Source: Hyphomicrobiales bacterium (GTDB lineage: Bacteria > Pseudomonadota > Alphaproteobacteria > Rhizobiales > Beijerinckiaceae). From it: a stretch of DNA of 64,000 bases. A model generated the notes under the pieces. The model saw only the letters and a list, made by a program, of their open reading frames with translations. It did no database searches and was not told the origin of the DNA. The stretch spans positions 38,700 through 102,699 of the forward strand of contig CANGOE010000001.1 of the NCBI GenBank assembly GCA_947455455.1, given 5' to 3'. Positions 45,881 through 57,807 of this stretch are shown one piece after another; position 1 is the stretch's first letter; each line of letters opens with the position of its first letter. Made by a program: the position numbers and the translations under genes.

Positions 45881-46663
45881 ATGTCTGCGGTTGATTTTGC
45901 ATCTTTTGTCGATGATCTGGCGACACAGTCGGGCGCGGCAATCCTTCCGTTTTTCCGCACATCGCTGGCGGCGACCGATAAAGCGCCCGGCGGCGTGTTC
46001 GATCCGGTCACCGAGGCCGATCGGGCCAGCGAAGTGGTGATGCGGCAGATGATCAAATCCACCTTCCCCGAACACGGCATTATCGGCGAAGAATATGGCA
46101 GTGAGAACGAGGATGCCGAATTTGTCTGGGTGCTGGATCCCATCGACGGCACCAAGGCATTTATTTCCGGCCTGCCGTTATGGGGCACCTTGATCGGGCT
46201 GACCCGCAATGGCCGTCCCTGTTACGGCATGATGCACCAGCCCTTCACGCGCGAGCGGTTTTTCGGTGACGGCGGCGTAGCCAAATGGCGCGGGCCAGGC
46301 GGTGAGCGCATCCTGAAATCGCGCTCCTGTCCCTCCCTCAAGGAAGCCACCCTGTCGACCACCACACCGGCGATGTTCGAGGGGCGCGACAAGGAGGCCT
46401 ATGAGCGGGTTGAATCACTGGCGCGGCTGACCCGTTACGGCTGTGATTGCTATGCCTATTCGATGATTGCCGCTGGCCATATGGATGTGGTGGTGGAAAC
46501 CAAACTGAAGCCCTACGACATCGTGGCGCTTGTGCCGATTGTCGAAGGTGCGGGCGGTGTGGTGACCGACTGGCAGGGCGGGTCACCCGCCAATGGCGGT
46601 TCGATTGTCGCCACCGGTGATCCGCGCCTGCACGAAGAAGTGCTCAAATTGTTGAACGCCTGA
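45881..46663 (+). CDS. hisN: inositol-monophosphatase-family histidinol-phosphatase (HisN type)
   Basis: GEEYG, WVLDPIDGTKAF and YGCDCYAY motifs. The ATG at 45881 is preceded by GGGAG. The longest ORF starts at 45707. Confidence 0.8.
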   Translation: MSAVDFASFVDDLATQSGAAILPFFRTSLAATDKAPGGVFDPVTEADRASEVVMRQMIKSTFPEHGIIGEEYGSENEDAEFVWVLDPIDGTKAFISGLPLWGTLIGLTRNGRPCYGMMHQPFTRERFFGDGGVAKWRGPGGERILKSRSCPSLKEATLSTTTPAMFEGRDKEAYERVESLARLTRYGCDCYAYSMIAAGHMDVVVETKLKPYDIVALVPIVEGAGGVVTDWQGGSPANGGSIVATGDPRLHEEVLKLLNA

Positions 46664-46667
46664 GCAC

Positions 46668-47756
46668 TCAGCCCGCGACAGCCTGCAATACGGCATCAAT
46701 GTCCTGCTTTGTGGTGGTGAAGCTGGTCACAAACCGCAGGAATTGCTCGTTCTCCCCGATCGAGAACCCTTCTGGCAGGCTGGTGCTTCCCCAAGGGGCG
46801 GCACGGATATTGGCCTTGGCCAGACGCGCGGCGGCCGATTGGGGCACAACGACAAACACCTCGTTGGCTTGGCATGGCCACGGCAGTTTCACGCCCGCTA
46901 TGGTTTTGAGGCCTTCTGTCAGTGCTGTTGCCATGGCATTGGCGTGCCGGGCATTGTCGATCCAGTGATCGTTTTCCAGATAGCCGACCATCTGCGCGCC
47001 GAGCAGGCGGCCTTTGGAGACAGTATGGCCCCCGCGCTTGCGGCGGAAGGGCATGGCCTCCCCATGGGCCTTGTCGAAAAAGATGATGGCCTCGCAGGCC
47101 ATACAGCCGTTTTTGGTGGCCCCGAAGGTGACAACATCGACACCGGCTTTCCATGTCATCTCGGCAGGGGTGCAACCCAAGCTCACCATGGCATTGCCGA
47201 AACGGGCCCCGTCGAGATGGAACATCAATGTGTGCTGTTTGGCGAACTGGCCCAGCGCCTTGATCTCGTCAAGCGTGTAGATCGTGCCGGCCTCGGTCAC
47301 TTGCGAAATCGACAGAGCCGCCGGTTGGACCGATTTGACAACACCGGGGGTGAAATGGTCGACCACCGGAGCAAGCGCCTCCACCGTGACTTTGCCGCCG
47401 ACACCCGGCACGCCAACCAGTTTGGCGCCATCCGTGAACATTTCGGGTGCGCCGCACTCGTCGTCGAGCACATGCGCTTCCGAATGGCAGAAAATCGCGC
47501 CCCAAGGCGGCGACATCGCGGCCAGCGCAAGGGCATTGGCCCCGGTGCCCGTGGCGACCAGAAACACGCTGACCTCGTGCTCGAACACTTTTGACAGCAA
47601 AGCCTCGGCTTTGACCGTCCACTGATCGGTCCCGTAAGCGGGCTCCGGTCCGGCATTGGCGGCAATCAGCGCGGCCAGAACCGGCTGGCTCATCCCGGAC
47701 ACATTGTCACTGGCGAGGTTGAGAATCGGGGCCTGCGGCTGGGCTGTCATGGTCAT
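46668..47756 (-). CDS. ltaE: low-specificity L-threonine aldolase (beta-eliminating lyase family)
   Basis: LASDNVSG...YGTDQW...ATGTGANALAL and the PLP-Lys region FGATKNG. The start is ATG 47756 or 47750 (MTMTAQ), preceded by GGAGAG. Confidence 0.82.
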   Translation of the reverse strand: MTMTAQPQAPILNLASDNVSGMSQPVLAALIAANAGPEPAYGTDQWTVKAEALLSKVFEHEVSVFLVATGTGANALALAAMSPPWGAIFCHSEAHVLDDECGAPEMFTDGAKLVGVPGVGGKVTVEALAPVVDHFTPGVVKSVQPAALSISQVTEAGTIYTLDEIKALGQFAKQHTLMFHLDGARFGNAMVSLGCTPAEMTWKAGVDVVTFGATKNGCMACEAIIFFDKAHGEAMPFRRKRGGHTVSKGRLLGAQMVGYLENDHWIDNARHANAMATALTEGLKTIAGVKLPWPCQANEVFVVVPQSAAARLAKANIRAAPWGSTSLPEGFSIGENEQFLRFVTSFTTTKQDIDAVLQAVAG

Positions 47757-48312
47757 GCTCTCCAAAAATTCAGCGAGCAAATTGCCTGCTCCGCCCGATA
47801 AAGGAAAGCACTATTTCTGCCCCTTCACGGTTTTGAAACATCACAAGGGTTTGACACGGAAAGGGAAAAAATCAGATTCTGATGTTTTGTTGCGCATAAA
47901 GTGCGAATTGAGCAATATAATGTCAAAATTTCTCGAAATGGCCGCTTGTGTGCCGATCGGTTTTCTGGCAATGTTTGAGCAGATAGGACAGTCTTGCTGT
48001 CCCATTATGCTGTCTGCTCCGGCAGGCACTCTGTTTGATATCGACTGATCACAATCAGGATCCGACTTGATGCGCAATGCTGGCACACAGACCGTGACGA
48101 CCGCGACCGGAGCGAAAACTCCGCGCGCGGACAAACGTGCCACCAAAGCGCGTATCTAACGGGCGTCACCGGCATTCCCCGGCAAACGCCCGCAAGGAGC
48201 GGGCGCACAGGGAGCGCGCCCGATCAAACTCCTTCCCATCAACGCTTCCAATCGGGCCGGGACTAACCGGCCGCTTATCACTGTGACCGGATGGACCGGG
48301 CGCGAGGGCAAG

Positions 48313-51300
48313 ATGAACCAGAAGACTGAAGCAGCGAGCACGCTTCGCGAGTTGAGTGCCACTTTGGGCCAATCTCATTCTGTGAGTTCGAAAGCCCTTA
48401 CGCCGAAATCGCTCAGCTATAATGACCCGCAGCTGCCACAGGCGCAGGGGCTTTATGATCCGGCTCTGGAAAAGGATTCGTGCGGTGTCGGCTTTGTCGC
48501 CGATATGAAGCGCGGCAAGTCGCATGGCATCATCAAGATGGGCCTGCAGATTCTGCTCAATCTCGATCACCGCGGTGCGGTCGGTGCCGATCCGAAGGCC
48601 GGCGACGGTTGCGGGATGCTGGTGCAAATTCCCCACGCCTTCCTGTCGGAGGAATGTGCCAAGCTCGGCTTCACCCTGCCAGCCGCAGGCGACTATGCCG
48701 TGGGTCATGTGTTTTTGCCGCGTGATGCGGAAGGCCGCAAGATTTGCGAAGCCCTGATCGAAAAGGTCGTTGCCGACGAGGGACAGCATTTCCTCGGCTG
48801 GCGCGATGTGCCGGTCAACACGGCCTGTCTCGGAGAATCGGTCAAGCCGACAGAGCCGACCCACCGCCAGATTTTCATCGGCAAGAGCGCGGGGATCACA
48901 GATACCGATGCGTTCGAGCGTCGTCTGTTTATCCTGCGCAAGGTGATTTCCAACACCATCTACAATCTGGGCAATCCGCAGACCAAGGGATTCTATCCGG
49001 TGTCGCTGTCGGCCCGGACCCTTGTCTATAAGGGCATGTTGCTGGCCACCCAATTGGGCGACTATTTCCCCGATTTGATGGATGAGCGGTTTGAATCGGC
49101 GCTGGCGCTGGTGCATCAGCGCTTTTCCACCAACACCTTCCCGACCTGGTCGCTGGCCCATCCCTACCGGATGGTCGCCCACAACGGCGAAATCAACACC
49201 TTGCGCGGCAATGTGAACTGGATGGCCGCACGGCAGGCTTCGGTCGATTCCGAATTGTTCGGGACCGAAATTTCCAAGCTGTGGCCGATTTCCTATGAAG
49301 GCCAGTCCGACACGGCGTGCTTCGACAATGCGCTGGAGTTTCTGGTGCAAGGCGGCTACTCGCTCGCCCATGCCATGATGATGCTGATCCCCGAAGCATG
49401 GGCCGGCAATCCGCTGATGGATGAGCAACGCCGTTCTTTCTACGAATATCATGCCGCTTTGATGGAACCATGGGATGGCCCTGCTTCGGTGGCCTTTACC
49501 GATGGCCGCCAGATCGGCGCGACGCTTGACCGTAACGGCCTGCGTCCGGCCCGTTATTATGTCGACGATCAGGGCTTGGTGGTCATGGCTTCCGAAATGG
49601 GCGTTTTGCCTTTGCCGGAAGAAACCATCGTCACCAAGTGGCGTTTGCAACCCGGCAAGATGTTGCTGGTCGACCTCGAACAGGGCCGCATCATTTCCGA
49701 CGAGGAATTGAAAGAAACACTGGCCACCGCCAGCCCCTATGCCGATTGGCTCAAGCGCACCCAGATCGTGCTGGAAGACTTGCGTCCGGTCGAGCCGCGC
49801 GCCTCGCGCACCGATGTGTCACTGCTCGATCGCCAGCAGGCCTTCGGCTATTCGCAGGAGGATCTCAACATCCTGCTCGAGCCGATGGCGCTGACCGGGC
49901 AGGAGGCTGTCGGCAGCATGGGCACCGATACGCCGATTTCGGTGATGTCGGACAAGTCAAAGCTCCTCTATACCTATTTCAAGCAGAACTTTGCGCAGGT
50001 GACCAATCCGCCGATTGATCCGATCCGCGAAGAGCTGGTGATGAGTCTGGTGTCGTTTATCGGACCCCGCCCCAATATTTTCGATCTGGAAGGCAATTCG
50101 CGCCGCAAGCGGCTGGAAGTGCGCCAGCCGATCCTGACCAATGGCGATCTGGAAAAGATCCGTTGCATCGGCCATCTCGAAGACTCGTTCGATACCAAGA
50201 CGCTGGATATCACCTATCCGGTCGAAGCCTCGTCGTCAGGGATGGAAGAAGCGCTTGAACGCCTGTGCGAGCGGGCCGAAGCCGCGGTCAAGGGCCGTTA
50301 CAACATCATCATCCTGTCGGACCGCATGGTCGGACCGGACCGGATTCCGATCCCGGCTTTGCTGGCGACTGCGGCCGTCCACCATCATCTGATCCGCAAG
50401 GGTTTGCGGACATCGGTCGGTCTGGTGGTTGAAACCGGCGAGCCGCGCGAAGTGCATCACTTTGCCTGTCTGGCCGGCTATGGCGCGGAAGCGATCAACC
50501 CCTATCTGGCTTTCGAGACCCTGGCGGCCATGGCCAAGGACTTCCCCGAGGAAGTCGATGCCTATGAAATCGAAAAGCGCTTCATCAAGTCGGTCGACAA
50601 GGGCCTGTTGAAGGTGATGTCGAAGATGGGCATTTCGACCTATCAATCCTATTGCGGTGCGCAGATTTTCGATGCCATCGGCCTGAGTGACGAATTGATT
50701 GCCAAATATTTTGCTGGCACCCATTCACGCATTGGCGGGGTCGGCTTGCCGGAAGTGGCGCAGGAAACCGTCAACCGCCACACCGATGCGTTCGGCGATG
50801 CGCCGATCTATCGCAATGTGCTGGATATCGGCGGCGAATATGCGTTCCGTCTGCGCGGCGAGGCGCATGCCTGGACCCCACAGACCGTGTCGCTGTTGCA
50901 ACATGCCGTGCGTGGAAACTCGCAGGACAAGTATCGTGCCTATGCCGAATTGCTCAACAACCAGTCCGAGCATTTGCTGACCCTGCGCGGATTGTTCCGC
51001 ATCAAGGACGCATCCGAGGAAGGCCGCAAGCCGGTGCCGCTCGACGAGGTGGAATCGGCCAAGGACATCGTGAAGCGCTTTGCGACCGGCGCCATGTCCT
51101 ATGGCTCGATCTCACGCGAGGCGCATACCACGCTGGCGATTGCCATGAACCGGATCGGCGGCAAGTCGAACACCGGTGAAGGCGGCGAGGAAAGTGACCG
51201 CTACAAGCCGATGGCCAATGGCGATACCATGCGCTCGGCCATCAAGCAGGTCGCTTCCGGCCGGTTTGGCGTGACCACCGAATATCTGGTCAATTCCGAC

Positions 51301-53067
51301 ATGATGCAGATCAAGGTTGCGCAGGGTGCCAAGCCCGGCGAAGGCGGCCAGTTGCCCGGCCACAAGGTCGATGCCGTCATCGCCAAAGTGCGCCATTCGA
51401 CACAAGGGGTCGGCCTGATTTCGCCGCCACCGCATCATGACATCTATTCGATCGAGGATTTGGCCCAGCTGATCCACGATCTCAAGAACGTCAATCCCGA
51501 AGCGGCCGTGTCGGTCAAGCTGGTGTCTGAAATCGGCGTGGGCACAGTGGCGGCGGGCGTGTCCAAGGCGCGGGCCGATCATGTCACCATCTCCGGTTTT
51601 GAAGGCGGTACAGGGGCTTCGCCGCTGTCGTCGATCAAGCATGCCGGTTCGCCTTGGGAAATCGGTCTGGCCGAAACCCACCAGACATTGGTGCTCAACG
51701 GTCTGCGTTCGCGCATTGCCGTGCAGGTCGATGGCGGCTTGCGGACGGGTCGCGATGTGGTGATCGGTGCCTTGCTCGGGGCCGATGAATTCGGCTTTGC
51801 CACCGCACCATTGATTGCCGCAGGCTGTATCATGATGCGCAAGTGCCATCTCAATACCTGTCCGGTCGGTGTGGCGACACAGGATCCAGTTCTGCGCAAG
51901 CGGTTCCTCGGTCTGCCCGAACATGTCATCAATTTCTTCTTCTTCGTTGCGGAAGAGGTGCGCGAGGAAATGGCGCGGTTGGGCTATCGGACCTTCAACG
52001 AGATGGTCGGCCAGATGCAGATGCTCGATCAGGATCGGGCCATCCAGCACTGGAAGGCCAAGGGGCTGGATTTCTCCAAGCTGTTCCACAAGCCCGACCC
52101 TGTTTACAAGGACTCGATCTATCACACCGGTACGCAGGATCACGGGCTTGAGCATGTGCTCGACCGCACGCTGATTGAACAGGCCAAGGAGGCCATCGAA
52201 CACCGCAAGCCGGTCAAGATCTCCTTGCCGATCAAGTCGGTCAACCGGGCCACGGGCGCGATGTTGTCCGGCGCGATTGCCAAGCATTACGGCCATAAGG
52301 GCCTGCCCAATGATACGGTGCATGTGAACCTGAAAGGCACGGCAGGCCAGAGCTTCGGCGCGTGGCTGGCTCACGGTGTTACGCTGGAACTCGAAGGCGA
52401 AGCCAATGACTATGTCGGCAAGGGCCTGTCCGGCGGTCGCATCGTGATCTATCCGCCCAAAGAGGCAACCAAGATCGTGCCGCATGAATCCATCATCGTC
52501 GGCAATACCGTGATGTATGGTGCGATTGCCGGTGAATGCTATTTCCGCGGTGTGGCGGGCGAGCGGTTCGCCGTGCGCAATTCGGGTGCTGTGGCGGTTG
52601 TCGAAGGCACGGGCGATCACGGTTGTGAATATATGACCGGCGGCGTTGTGGTGGTGATCGGTAAAACCGGCCGCAACTTTGCGGCAGGCATGTCGGGCGG
52701 CATCGCTTATGTGCTCGACGAGGAAGGCAATTTTGCCGAGCGTTGCAATATGGCGATGGTGGAACTGGAGCATGTGCCGGAGGAAGAGGAGCTCAACGAG
52801 CGTCTCAACCACCAAGGCGGTGATCTGACCGGCCATGGTCGTGTGGATGTGATGTCGGACATGACGCGCTATGACTCGGAGCGTCTGCATCGGTTGATCG
52901 ACAACCATGCCCGCTATACCGGCTCGACCCGCGCCAGAGAGATTCTGGACAATTGGGACGAGTACAAAACCAAATTCCGCAAGGTGATGCCGGTTGAATA
53001 CCGCCGCGCCTTGAAGGAATTGCAGTCGCAAAACGAAAACCGGCCTTTGGCCGTGGCAGGAGAGTGA
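48313..53067 (+). CDS. gltB: glutamate synthase (NADPH) large subunit
   Basis: ~1584 aa. Propeptide followed by the Ntn catalytic Cys ([11 protein letters not shown]), the FMN/3Fe-4S domain ([15 protein letters not shown]) and a C-terminal GXGXG beta-helix. The ATG at 48313 is preceded by GAGGG. Confidence 0.95.
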   Translation: MNQKTEAASTLRELSATLGQSHSVSSKALTPKSLSYNDPQLPQAQGLYDPALEKDSCGVGFVADMKRGKSHGIIKMGLQILLNLDHRGAVGADPKAGDGCGMLVQIPHAFLSEECAKLGFTLPAAGDYAVGHVFLPRDAEGRKICEALIEKVVADEGQHFLGWRDVPVNTACLGESVKPTEPTHRQIFIGKSAGITDTDAFERRLFILRKVISNTIYNLGNPQTKGFYPVSLSARTLVYKGMLLATQLGDYFPDLMDERFESALALVHQRFSTNTFPTWSLAHPYRMVAHNGEINTLRGNVNWMAARQASVDSELFGTEISKLWPISYEGQSDTACFDNALEFLVQGGYSLAHAMMMLIPEAWAGNPLMDEQRRSFYEYHAALMEPWDGPASVAFTDGRQIGATLDRNGLRPARYYVDDQGLVVMASEMGVLPLPEETIVTKWRLQPGKMLLVDLEQGRIISDEELKETLATASPYADWLKRTQIVLEDLRPVEPRASRTDVSLLDRQQAFGYSQEDLNILLEPMALTGQEAVGSMGTDTPISVMSDKSKLLYTYFKQNFAQVTNPPIDPIREELVMSLVSFIGPRPNIFDLEGNSRRKRLEVRQPILTNGDLEKIRCIGHLEDSFDTKTLDITYPVEASSSGMEEALERLCERAEAAVKGRYNIIILSDRMVGPDRIPIPALLATAAVHHHLIRKGLRTSVGLVVETGEPREVHHFACLAGYGAEAINPYLAFETLAAMAKDFPEEVDAYEIEKRFIKSVDKGLLKVMSKMGISTYQSYCGAQIFDAIGLSDELIAKYFAGTHSRIGGVGLPEVAQETVNRHTDAFGDAPIYRNVLDIGGEYAFRLRGEAHAWTPQTVSLLQHAVRGNSQDKYRAYAELLNNQSEHLLTLRGLFRIKDASEEGRKPVPLDEVESAKDIVKRFATGAMSYGSISREAHTTLAIAMNRIGGKSNTGEGGEESDRYKPMANGDTMRSAIKQVASGRFGVTTEYLVNSDMMQIKVAQGAKPGEGGQLPGHKVDAVIAKVRHSTQGVGLISPPPHHDIYSIEDLAQLIHDLKNVNPEAAVSVKLVSEIGVGTVAAGVSKARADHVTISGFEGGTGASPLSSIKHAGSPWEIGLAETHQTLVLNGLRSRIAVQVDGGLRTGRDVVIGALLGADEFGFATAPLIAAGCIMMRKCHLNTCPVGVATQDPVLRKRFLGLPEHVINFFFFVAEEVREEMARLGYRTFNEMVGQMQMLDQDRAIQHWKAKGLDFSKLFHKPDPVYKDSIYHTGTQDHGLEHVLDRTLIEQAKEAIEHRKPVKISLPIKSVNRATGAMLSGAIAKHYGHKGLPNDTVHVNLKGTAGQSFGAWLAHGVTLELEGEANDYVGKGLSGGRIVIYPPKEATKIVPHESIIVGNTVMYGAIAGECYFRGVAGERFAVRNSGAVAVVEGTGDHGCEYMTGGVVVVIGKTGRNFAAGMSGGIAYVLDEEGNFAERCNMAMVELEHVPEEEELNERLNHQGGDLTGHGRVDVMSDMTRYDSERLHRLIDNHARYTGSTRAREILDNWDEYKTKFRKVMPVEYRRALKELQSQNENRPLAVAGE

Positions 53068-53069
53068 TC

Positions 53070-54488
53070 ATGGGCAAGGTCACAGGCTTTTTGGAAATCG
53101 ACCGTCAGGATCGCCGTTATGCACCGGCTTCGGACCGCATCCGGCATTTCAAGGAATTCGTGATTCCTCTGTCAGAGGAGGCGACCAAGGATCAGGCCGC
53201 CCGCTGTATGAATTGCGGTATTCCTTACTGCCACAACGGATGTCCGGTGAATAACCAGATCCCCGACTGGAATGATCTGGTCTATCACGGCGGATGGGAA
53301 GAGGCCTCGCGCAACCTTCATTCCACCAATAATTTTCCCGAATTTACCGGTCGCGTCTGTCCCGCCCCGTGCGAGGCTTCGTGCACGCTGAATTTGACCG
53401 ATACGCCGGTGACCATCAAATCGATCGAATGTGCGATTGTCGATCGGGCCTGGGAAGAAGGCTGGCTTGTCCCCGAAGTGGCCAGCCACCAGACCGGCAA
53501 GCGCATTGCCATTGTCGGTTCCGGTCCTGCCGGATTGGCCGCCGCCCAGCAATTGGCGCGGGCAGGCCATGAGGTCCATGTCTATGAAAAGAACGGCAAG
53601 GCCGGTGGCTTGTTGCGCTACGGTATTCCCGATTTCAAAATGGAAAAGCCCCTGATCGACCGCCGCCTCGGCCAGATGGAGGCCGAAGGTGTGGTGTTCC
53701 ATTACAATGTCGAAGTCGGCAAGCAGATGGCTTTGAAAGAGCTGGTTGACAGCCATGATGCGGTCATTCTGGCAGGTGGTTCGGAAAAGCCGCGCGATCT
53801 GGCTGTGCCGGGGCGCGATTTGAAGGGTGTTCATTTCGCTATGGACTTCCTGCCCCAGCAGAACCGTCGCGTCTCGCACGAGCCTGTCAATGCCAATGAG
53901 CCGATCGTGGCGCAGGGCAAGCATGTGGTGGTGATCGGCGGCGGCGATACCGGTTCCGATTGCATCGGCACATCGGTGCGTCAGGGCGCTTTGTCGGTCA
54001 CCCAGATCGAAATCATGCCCCAGCCTCCCGAAAAGGAAAACAAGGCGCTGACCTGGCCGAACTGGCCGTTGAAAATGCGCACATCCTCCTCGCAAGAGGA
54101 AGGGGCTGAGCGCGATTTTGCAGTCAACACCGTGTCTTTCACGGGTGAGGACGGGCACGTCAAGGAATTGAACTGCGTGCGGGTCGACGAGAGCTTCAAG
54201 CCGATTGCCGGCACGGAATTCTCGTTGAAAGCCGATCTCGTCTTGCTGGCCATGGGCTTTGTTGCGCCGGTGACAGAGGCCGTTGTCAATGAATTGGGTG
54301 TCAAGCTCGATCCGCGTGGCAATGTGGCGGCCGATATGGTGGCTTACAAGACCTCGGCTGAAAAAGTCTTCGCTTGCGGCGATATGCGGCGCGGTCAATC
54401 GCTGGTGGTCTGGGCCATCCGCGAAGGCCGCCAGACGGCCCATAGCGTCGATAAATTCCTGATGGGCAGCACCACTCTGCCCCGCTAA
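53070..54488 (+). CDS. gltD: glutamate synthase (NADPH) small subunit
   Basis: [12 protein letters not shown], Fe-S Cys clusters ([25 protein letters not shown]), [14 protein letters not shown] and [11 protein letters not shown]. It starts 3 nt after the gltB stop and is preceded by GGAGAG. Confidence 0.95.
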   Translation: MGKVTGFLEIDRQDRRYAPASDRIRHFKEFVIPLSEEATKDQAARCMNCGIPYCHNGCPVNNQIPDWNDLVYHGGWEEASRNLHSTNNFPEFTGRVCPAPCEASCTLNLTDTPVTIKSIECAIVDRAWEEGWLVPEVASHQTGKRIAIVGSGPAGLAAAQQLARAGHEVHVYEKNGKAGGLLRYGIPDFKMEKPLIDRRLGQMEAEGVVFHYNVEVGKQMALKELVDSHDAVILAGGSEKPRDLAVPGRDLKGVHFAMDFLPQQNRRVSHEPVNANEPIVAQGKHVVVIGGGDTGSDCIGTSVRQGALSVTQIEIMPQPPEKENKALTWPNWPLKMRTSSSQEEGAERDFAVNTVSFTGEDGHVKELNCVRVDESFKPIAGTEFSLKADLVLLAMGFVAPVTEAVVNELGVKLDPRGNVAADMVAYKTSAEKVFACGDMRRGQSLVVWAIREGRQTAHSVDKFLMGSTTLPR

Positions 54489-54495
54489 GCCTTCA

Positions 54496-54530
54496 TGTCC
54501 CGCCGGTCACCGGCGGGACAATGGTGTTTT
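54496..54530 (+). terminator. hairpin downstream of gltD (terminator-like)
   Basis: TGTCCCGCCGG-TCA-CCGGCGGGACA perfect 11-bp stem. The T-rich tract (GTTTTCAGTTTTT) starts 6 nt after the stem. Confidence 0.5.
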
Positions 54531-55738
54531 CAGTTTTTCAGCATATTGAGCGCGCGCGGGGTCGGCCATCCATCCGGCACCTGACCGCGCTTGATCTGTT
54601 CCTGACGCAGGGCATTGCGGGTTTTCGAGCCGATGCGCCCGTCAATCTCGCCGACATCATAGCCCAGGGCCTGCAGGCGCTGTTGGAACTCGACCCGCTC
54701 GTCTGCCGAGAGTTGCGGCATGGCGCTTGGCCAGGCCTTGGCAAAGGCTGTGCCGCCTTTGATCCGGTCACCCAGATGGGCCACCGTCAGGGCATAGGCA
54801 TCGGACGCATTATAGGCGCGGATCATGTCGAAATTCTTGGTAATCAGAAAGACCGGCCCCTCGCTTCCCGCGGGGAAAAACAGTTTGGCTTGTCCCCGAT
54901 GCGGCATGGGTTTGCCATCGGCGCGTTTGACACCCTGTTTGGCAAAACTGTTGAAATCCCCTTCGGTCAGGCTGAAGGCATAGTTTTGCGGCAGTCTGAT
55001 TTCAAAGCCCCATGGCAGGTCCGCCACCCAGCCATGGGCGGCCAGATAGTTGGCGGTGGAGCCGATGATGTCGGGCAGGTTGGTCCAGATGTTCTTGCGG
55101 CCATCGCCGTCAAAATCGATTGCATAGGCCTTGAAACTTGAGGGCATGAATTGGGTCTGGCCCATGGCACCCGCCCAGGATCCTTTCATGCTCTCTCGCG
55201 GAGCCTGTCCCTTGTCGACCAGATCCAGTGCGATCATCAATTCATTGCGGAAGAAATCGCCGCGATAGCCGACAAAGGCGAGGCTGGCGAGCGAACGGAT
55301 CACATCCTTGTCACCGCTGAAACCGCCGAAATTGCTTTCCATGCCCCAGATGCCGAGGATCACACCGCGATCGACCCCGAACCGCTTTTCAGCCTGATCG
55401 AGCAGATGCTTGTGTTGGGCAAGCAGGGCTTTGCCCTTGTCGATCCGCCCGCCACCCAAGCCGTCGTTGAGGTAGGACCAGATCGGCTTGGTAAATTCCG
55501 ATTGCCTTTGGGTCAGCGCAATCACACTTGTGTCGAGTGTGACCCCCTCCAGACTGCGGTCGAGCGAGGCGGCTTTAAGACCGCGCGACTGGGCTTGCTG
55601 TTTGATTTTCTGCAAGAAAATCTGAAAATCCTCATTGGATTGCGCCAGCGCCGGTGAGGCCGCAGAATGGCCGATCACGGTCGCAATGAGCAGTAAGCAG
55701 GACAAATAGGAGCGGATTTTCAACACGGAACCTCTCAT
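54530..55738 (-). CDS. lytic murein transglycosylase (MltB/Slt35-like) with a C-terminal peptidoglycan-binding domain
   Basis: Signal peptide, GIWGMESNFG catalytic region, and a C-terminal PG_binding_1-like repeat (QQRLQALGYDVGEIDGRIGSKTRNALRQEQ). Confidence 0.85.
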   Translation of the reverse strand: MRGSVLKIRSYLSCLLLIATVIGHSAASPALAQSNEDFQIFLQKIKQQAQSRGLKAASLDRSLEGVTLDTSVIALTQRQSEFTKPIWSYLNDGLGGGRIDKGKALLAQHKHLLDQAEKRFGVDRGVILGIWGMESNFGGFSGDKDVIRSLASLAFVGYRGDFFRNELMIALDLVDKGQAPRESMKGSWAGAMGQTQFMPSSFKAYAIDFDGDGRKNIWTNLPDIIGSTANYLAAHGWVADLPWGFEIRLPQNYAFSLTEGDFNSFAKQGVKRADGKPMPHRGQAKLFFPAGSEGPVFLITKNFDMIRAYNASDAYALTVAHLGDRIKGGTAFAKAWPSAMPQLSADERVEFQQRLQALGYDVGEIDGRIGSKTRNALRQEQIKRGQVPDGWPTPRALNMLKN

Positions 55739-55921
55739 ATCGAATCAACAGACCAAGGGTCAGCGTCCTGTTGTGCCCGAGGAAGGTTTGTAAATCATTG
55801 ACGTTTGCCCCGCCTCCTTTTAAGCGGGCATAGAGGCCGGCCATTCACGAATGGTTCAGGCTTGTGTGGTTAATGTCTGTTTTGTCTGATCTTTTCACTC
55901 GAAATCGAGAACGCTTGAATC

Positions 55922-56806
55922 ATGAGCCAGAGCACAAGTAAGGCAAGAATTCGCAAGGCAGTTTTTCCGGTTGCCGGTTTGGGAACCCGCTTTCTGCCCG
56001 CCACCAAGGCCGTCCCCAAAGAGATGCTGACGGTGGTTGACCGTCCGGTGATCCAGCATGTGGTCGATGAGGCCCGCGCGGCGGGGATCGAGCATTTCAT
56101 CTTCGTGACAGGCCGCAACAAAGGCGCGATCGAGGATCATTTCGATATCCAATACGAGCTGGACCGCACCTTGCGCGACCGCAACAAGATCAAGGAACTC
56201 CAATTACTCGAAATCGACCTGCCGGGAGCAGGCCAGACCAGTTTTACCCGCCAGCAATCCCCGCTCGGTCTCGGCCACGCTGTCTGGTGCGCGCGCGAGA
56301 TTGTCGGCAACGAGCCGTTTGCCTTGTTGCTCCCCGATATGTTGCATCATGGCGATGCACCGTGCCTCAAAGGGATGATCGATTCTTTTGACCGCCATCA
56401 GGGCAATATTGTCGCGGTTTACGAAGTGCCCGACAACGAAACCCATCAATACGGCATTGTCGGGATCGAGCAGAAGGGCGGTGATCTGGGGATCACACAG
56501 ATGGTTGAAAAGCCTGCCAAAGGCACGGCCCCGTCCAACCTCGCCATTTCGGGCCGCTATATCCTGAAGCCCGAGATCTTCGACATTCTGGCGACACAGG
56601 AACGCGGGTCGGGTGGCGAGATCCAGTTGACCGATGCGATGATCACGTTGGCCAAATCGCAAGAGTTCTATGCCCATCTGTTCGATGGCGATATTTACGA
56701 CACCGGCATGAAAATCGGTTTTCTGACCGCCAATCTCGCGCTCGGTCTCGCCCATCCGGAACTGGCCGCACCGTTGCGCGCCGCCATCAAGCGCATGGGG
56801 TTGTGA
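55922..56806 (+). CDS. galU: UTP--glucose-1-phosphate uridylyltransferase
   Basis: KAVFPVAGLGTRFLPATKAVPKEML, VEKP and GRY motifs, 294 aa. Confidence 0.92.
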   Translation: MSQSTSKARIRKAVFPVAGLGTRFLPATKAVPKEMLTVVDRPVIQHVVDEARAAGIEHFIFVTGRNKGAIEDHFDIQYELDRTLRDRNKIKELQLLEIDLPGAGQTSFTRQQSPLGLGHAVWCAREIVGNEPFALLLPDMLHHGDAPCLKGMIDSFDRHQGNIVAVYEVPDNETHQYGIVGIEQKGGDLGITQMVEKPAKGTAPSNLAISGRYILKPEIFDILATQERGSGGEIQLTDAMITLAKSQEFYAHLFDGDIYDTGMKIGFLTANLALGLAHPELAAPLRAAIKRMGL

Positions 56807-57801
56807 CAGGAATGACCGGAACCAAACCCGCCGGTGCGGAACAGCTTATCCGTTCCGGTCAACAGGCTCTGGAGGCGGAAAAGGCCGGGCTTGAGGCTTT
56901 GATTGCCGCCATGTCGACCGAGACAGGCGAAGCCTTCGCCGCCGCCGCACAGATGATCGCCCGCTCCAGCGGGCGGGTGATCGTGTCGGGCATGGGCAAA
57001 TCGGGTCATATCGGCCGCAAGATTGCCGCAACGCTGGCTTCGACCGGCACACCGGCCTATTTCGTCCATCCGGCGGAAGCCAGCCATGGCGATTTGGGCA
57101 TGGTGCAGTCAGAGGATGTCATCCTTGCGCTGTCCTGGTCGGGCGAGACAACCGAATTGAGCGATATTGTTGCCTATGCCAAGCGGTTCCGTGTTCCTCT
57201 GATCGGTGTATGTTCGAGCCGCGACAGTGCCTTGGGCCGCGAGGCCGATATTCTGATCGTGCTCCCCAAAGCCAAAGAGGCCTGCCCCAACGGCATCGCG
57301 CCCACCACCTCCACCACCATGCAGGTGGCGCTTGGCGATGCGCTGGCGATTGCCCTGCTTGAAGCGCGGGGCTTCTCCTCGCATGATTTCCGCACCTATC
57401 ATCCCGGCGGCAAGCTGGGGGCACAGCTCAAGCAACTCAGCGCCATCATGAGCACCGGCGACCGTCTGCCGCTGGCGGCGCAGGGAACACGCATGGGCGA
57501 AGCCCTTGTGACCATGAGTGCCAAGGGCTTCGGCTGTGTGCTGGTGGTCGATGCGCAGGGCCTGTTGAGCGGCATTATCACCGATGGCGATTTGCGCCGC
57601 CATATGAGCGTAGATCTGCTCGGCCAGACGGTCGATCAGGTGATGACAGCCAATCCGGCTTCGGTGCCACCCGATACTCTGGTGGCCGAAGCGCTGGAGA
57701 TTGTCGAAACCCGCAAGATCGGCGCTTTGATTGTCACGCAGGATCGCGTGCCGGTCGGGCTTGTCCATGTGCTCGATCTGTTGCGGATCGGCGCGGCCTG
57801 A
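56803..57801 (+). CDS. KpsF/GutQ-family arabinose-5-phosphate isomerase (SIS plus tandem CBS domains)
   Basis: SIS motifs (VIVSGMGKSGHIGRKIAATLASTG) and C-terminal CBS pairs. A GTG at 56803 overlaps the galU stop; the alternative start is ATG 56812. Confidence 0.85.
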   Translation: MTGMTGTKPAGAEQLIRSGQQALEAEKAGLEALIAAMSTETGEAFAAAAQMIARSSGRVIVSGMGKSGHIGRKIAATLASTGTPAYFVHPAEASHGDLGMVQSEDVILALSWSGETTELSDIVAYAKRFRVPLIGVCSSRDSALGREADILIVLPKAKEACPNGIAPTTSTTMQVALGDALAIALLEARGFSSHDFRTYHPGGKLGAQLKQLSAIMSTGDRLPLAAQGTRMGEALVTMSAKGFGCVLVVDAQGLLSGIITDGDLRRHMSVDLLGQTVDQVMTANPASVPPDTLVAEALEIVETRKIGALIVTQDRVPVGLVHVLDLLRIGAA

Positions 57802-57807
57802 TCGGGA

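Noticed and set aside
45634-46209. A 191-aa minus-strand ORF overlapping the start of hisN and the AT-rich spacer.
   Set aside because: It lies largely antisense to the well-supported hisN frame. Its Ser/Thr/Cys-rich translation has no family resemblance and I saw no convincing RBS.
47780-47845. Glycine-riboswitch-like fragments upstream of ltaE on the minus strand (ACCGTGAAGGGGCAGA ... GGAGCAGGCAATTTG).
   Set aside because: They only partly resemble the conserved ACCGAAGGGGCAA and CUCAGGCAAAAGGAC blocks. There is an insertion in the first block, no 5' CUCUGGAGAG element and no obvious P1 pairing. It is not a supportable riboswitch without a covariance-model hit.
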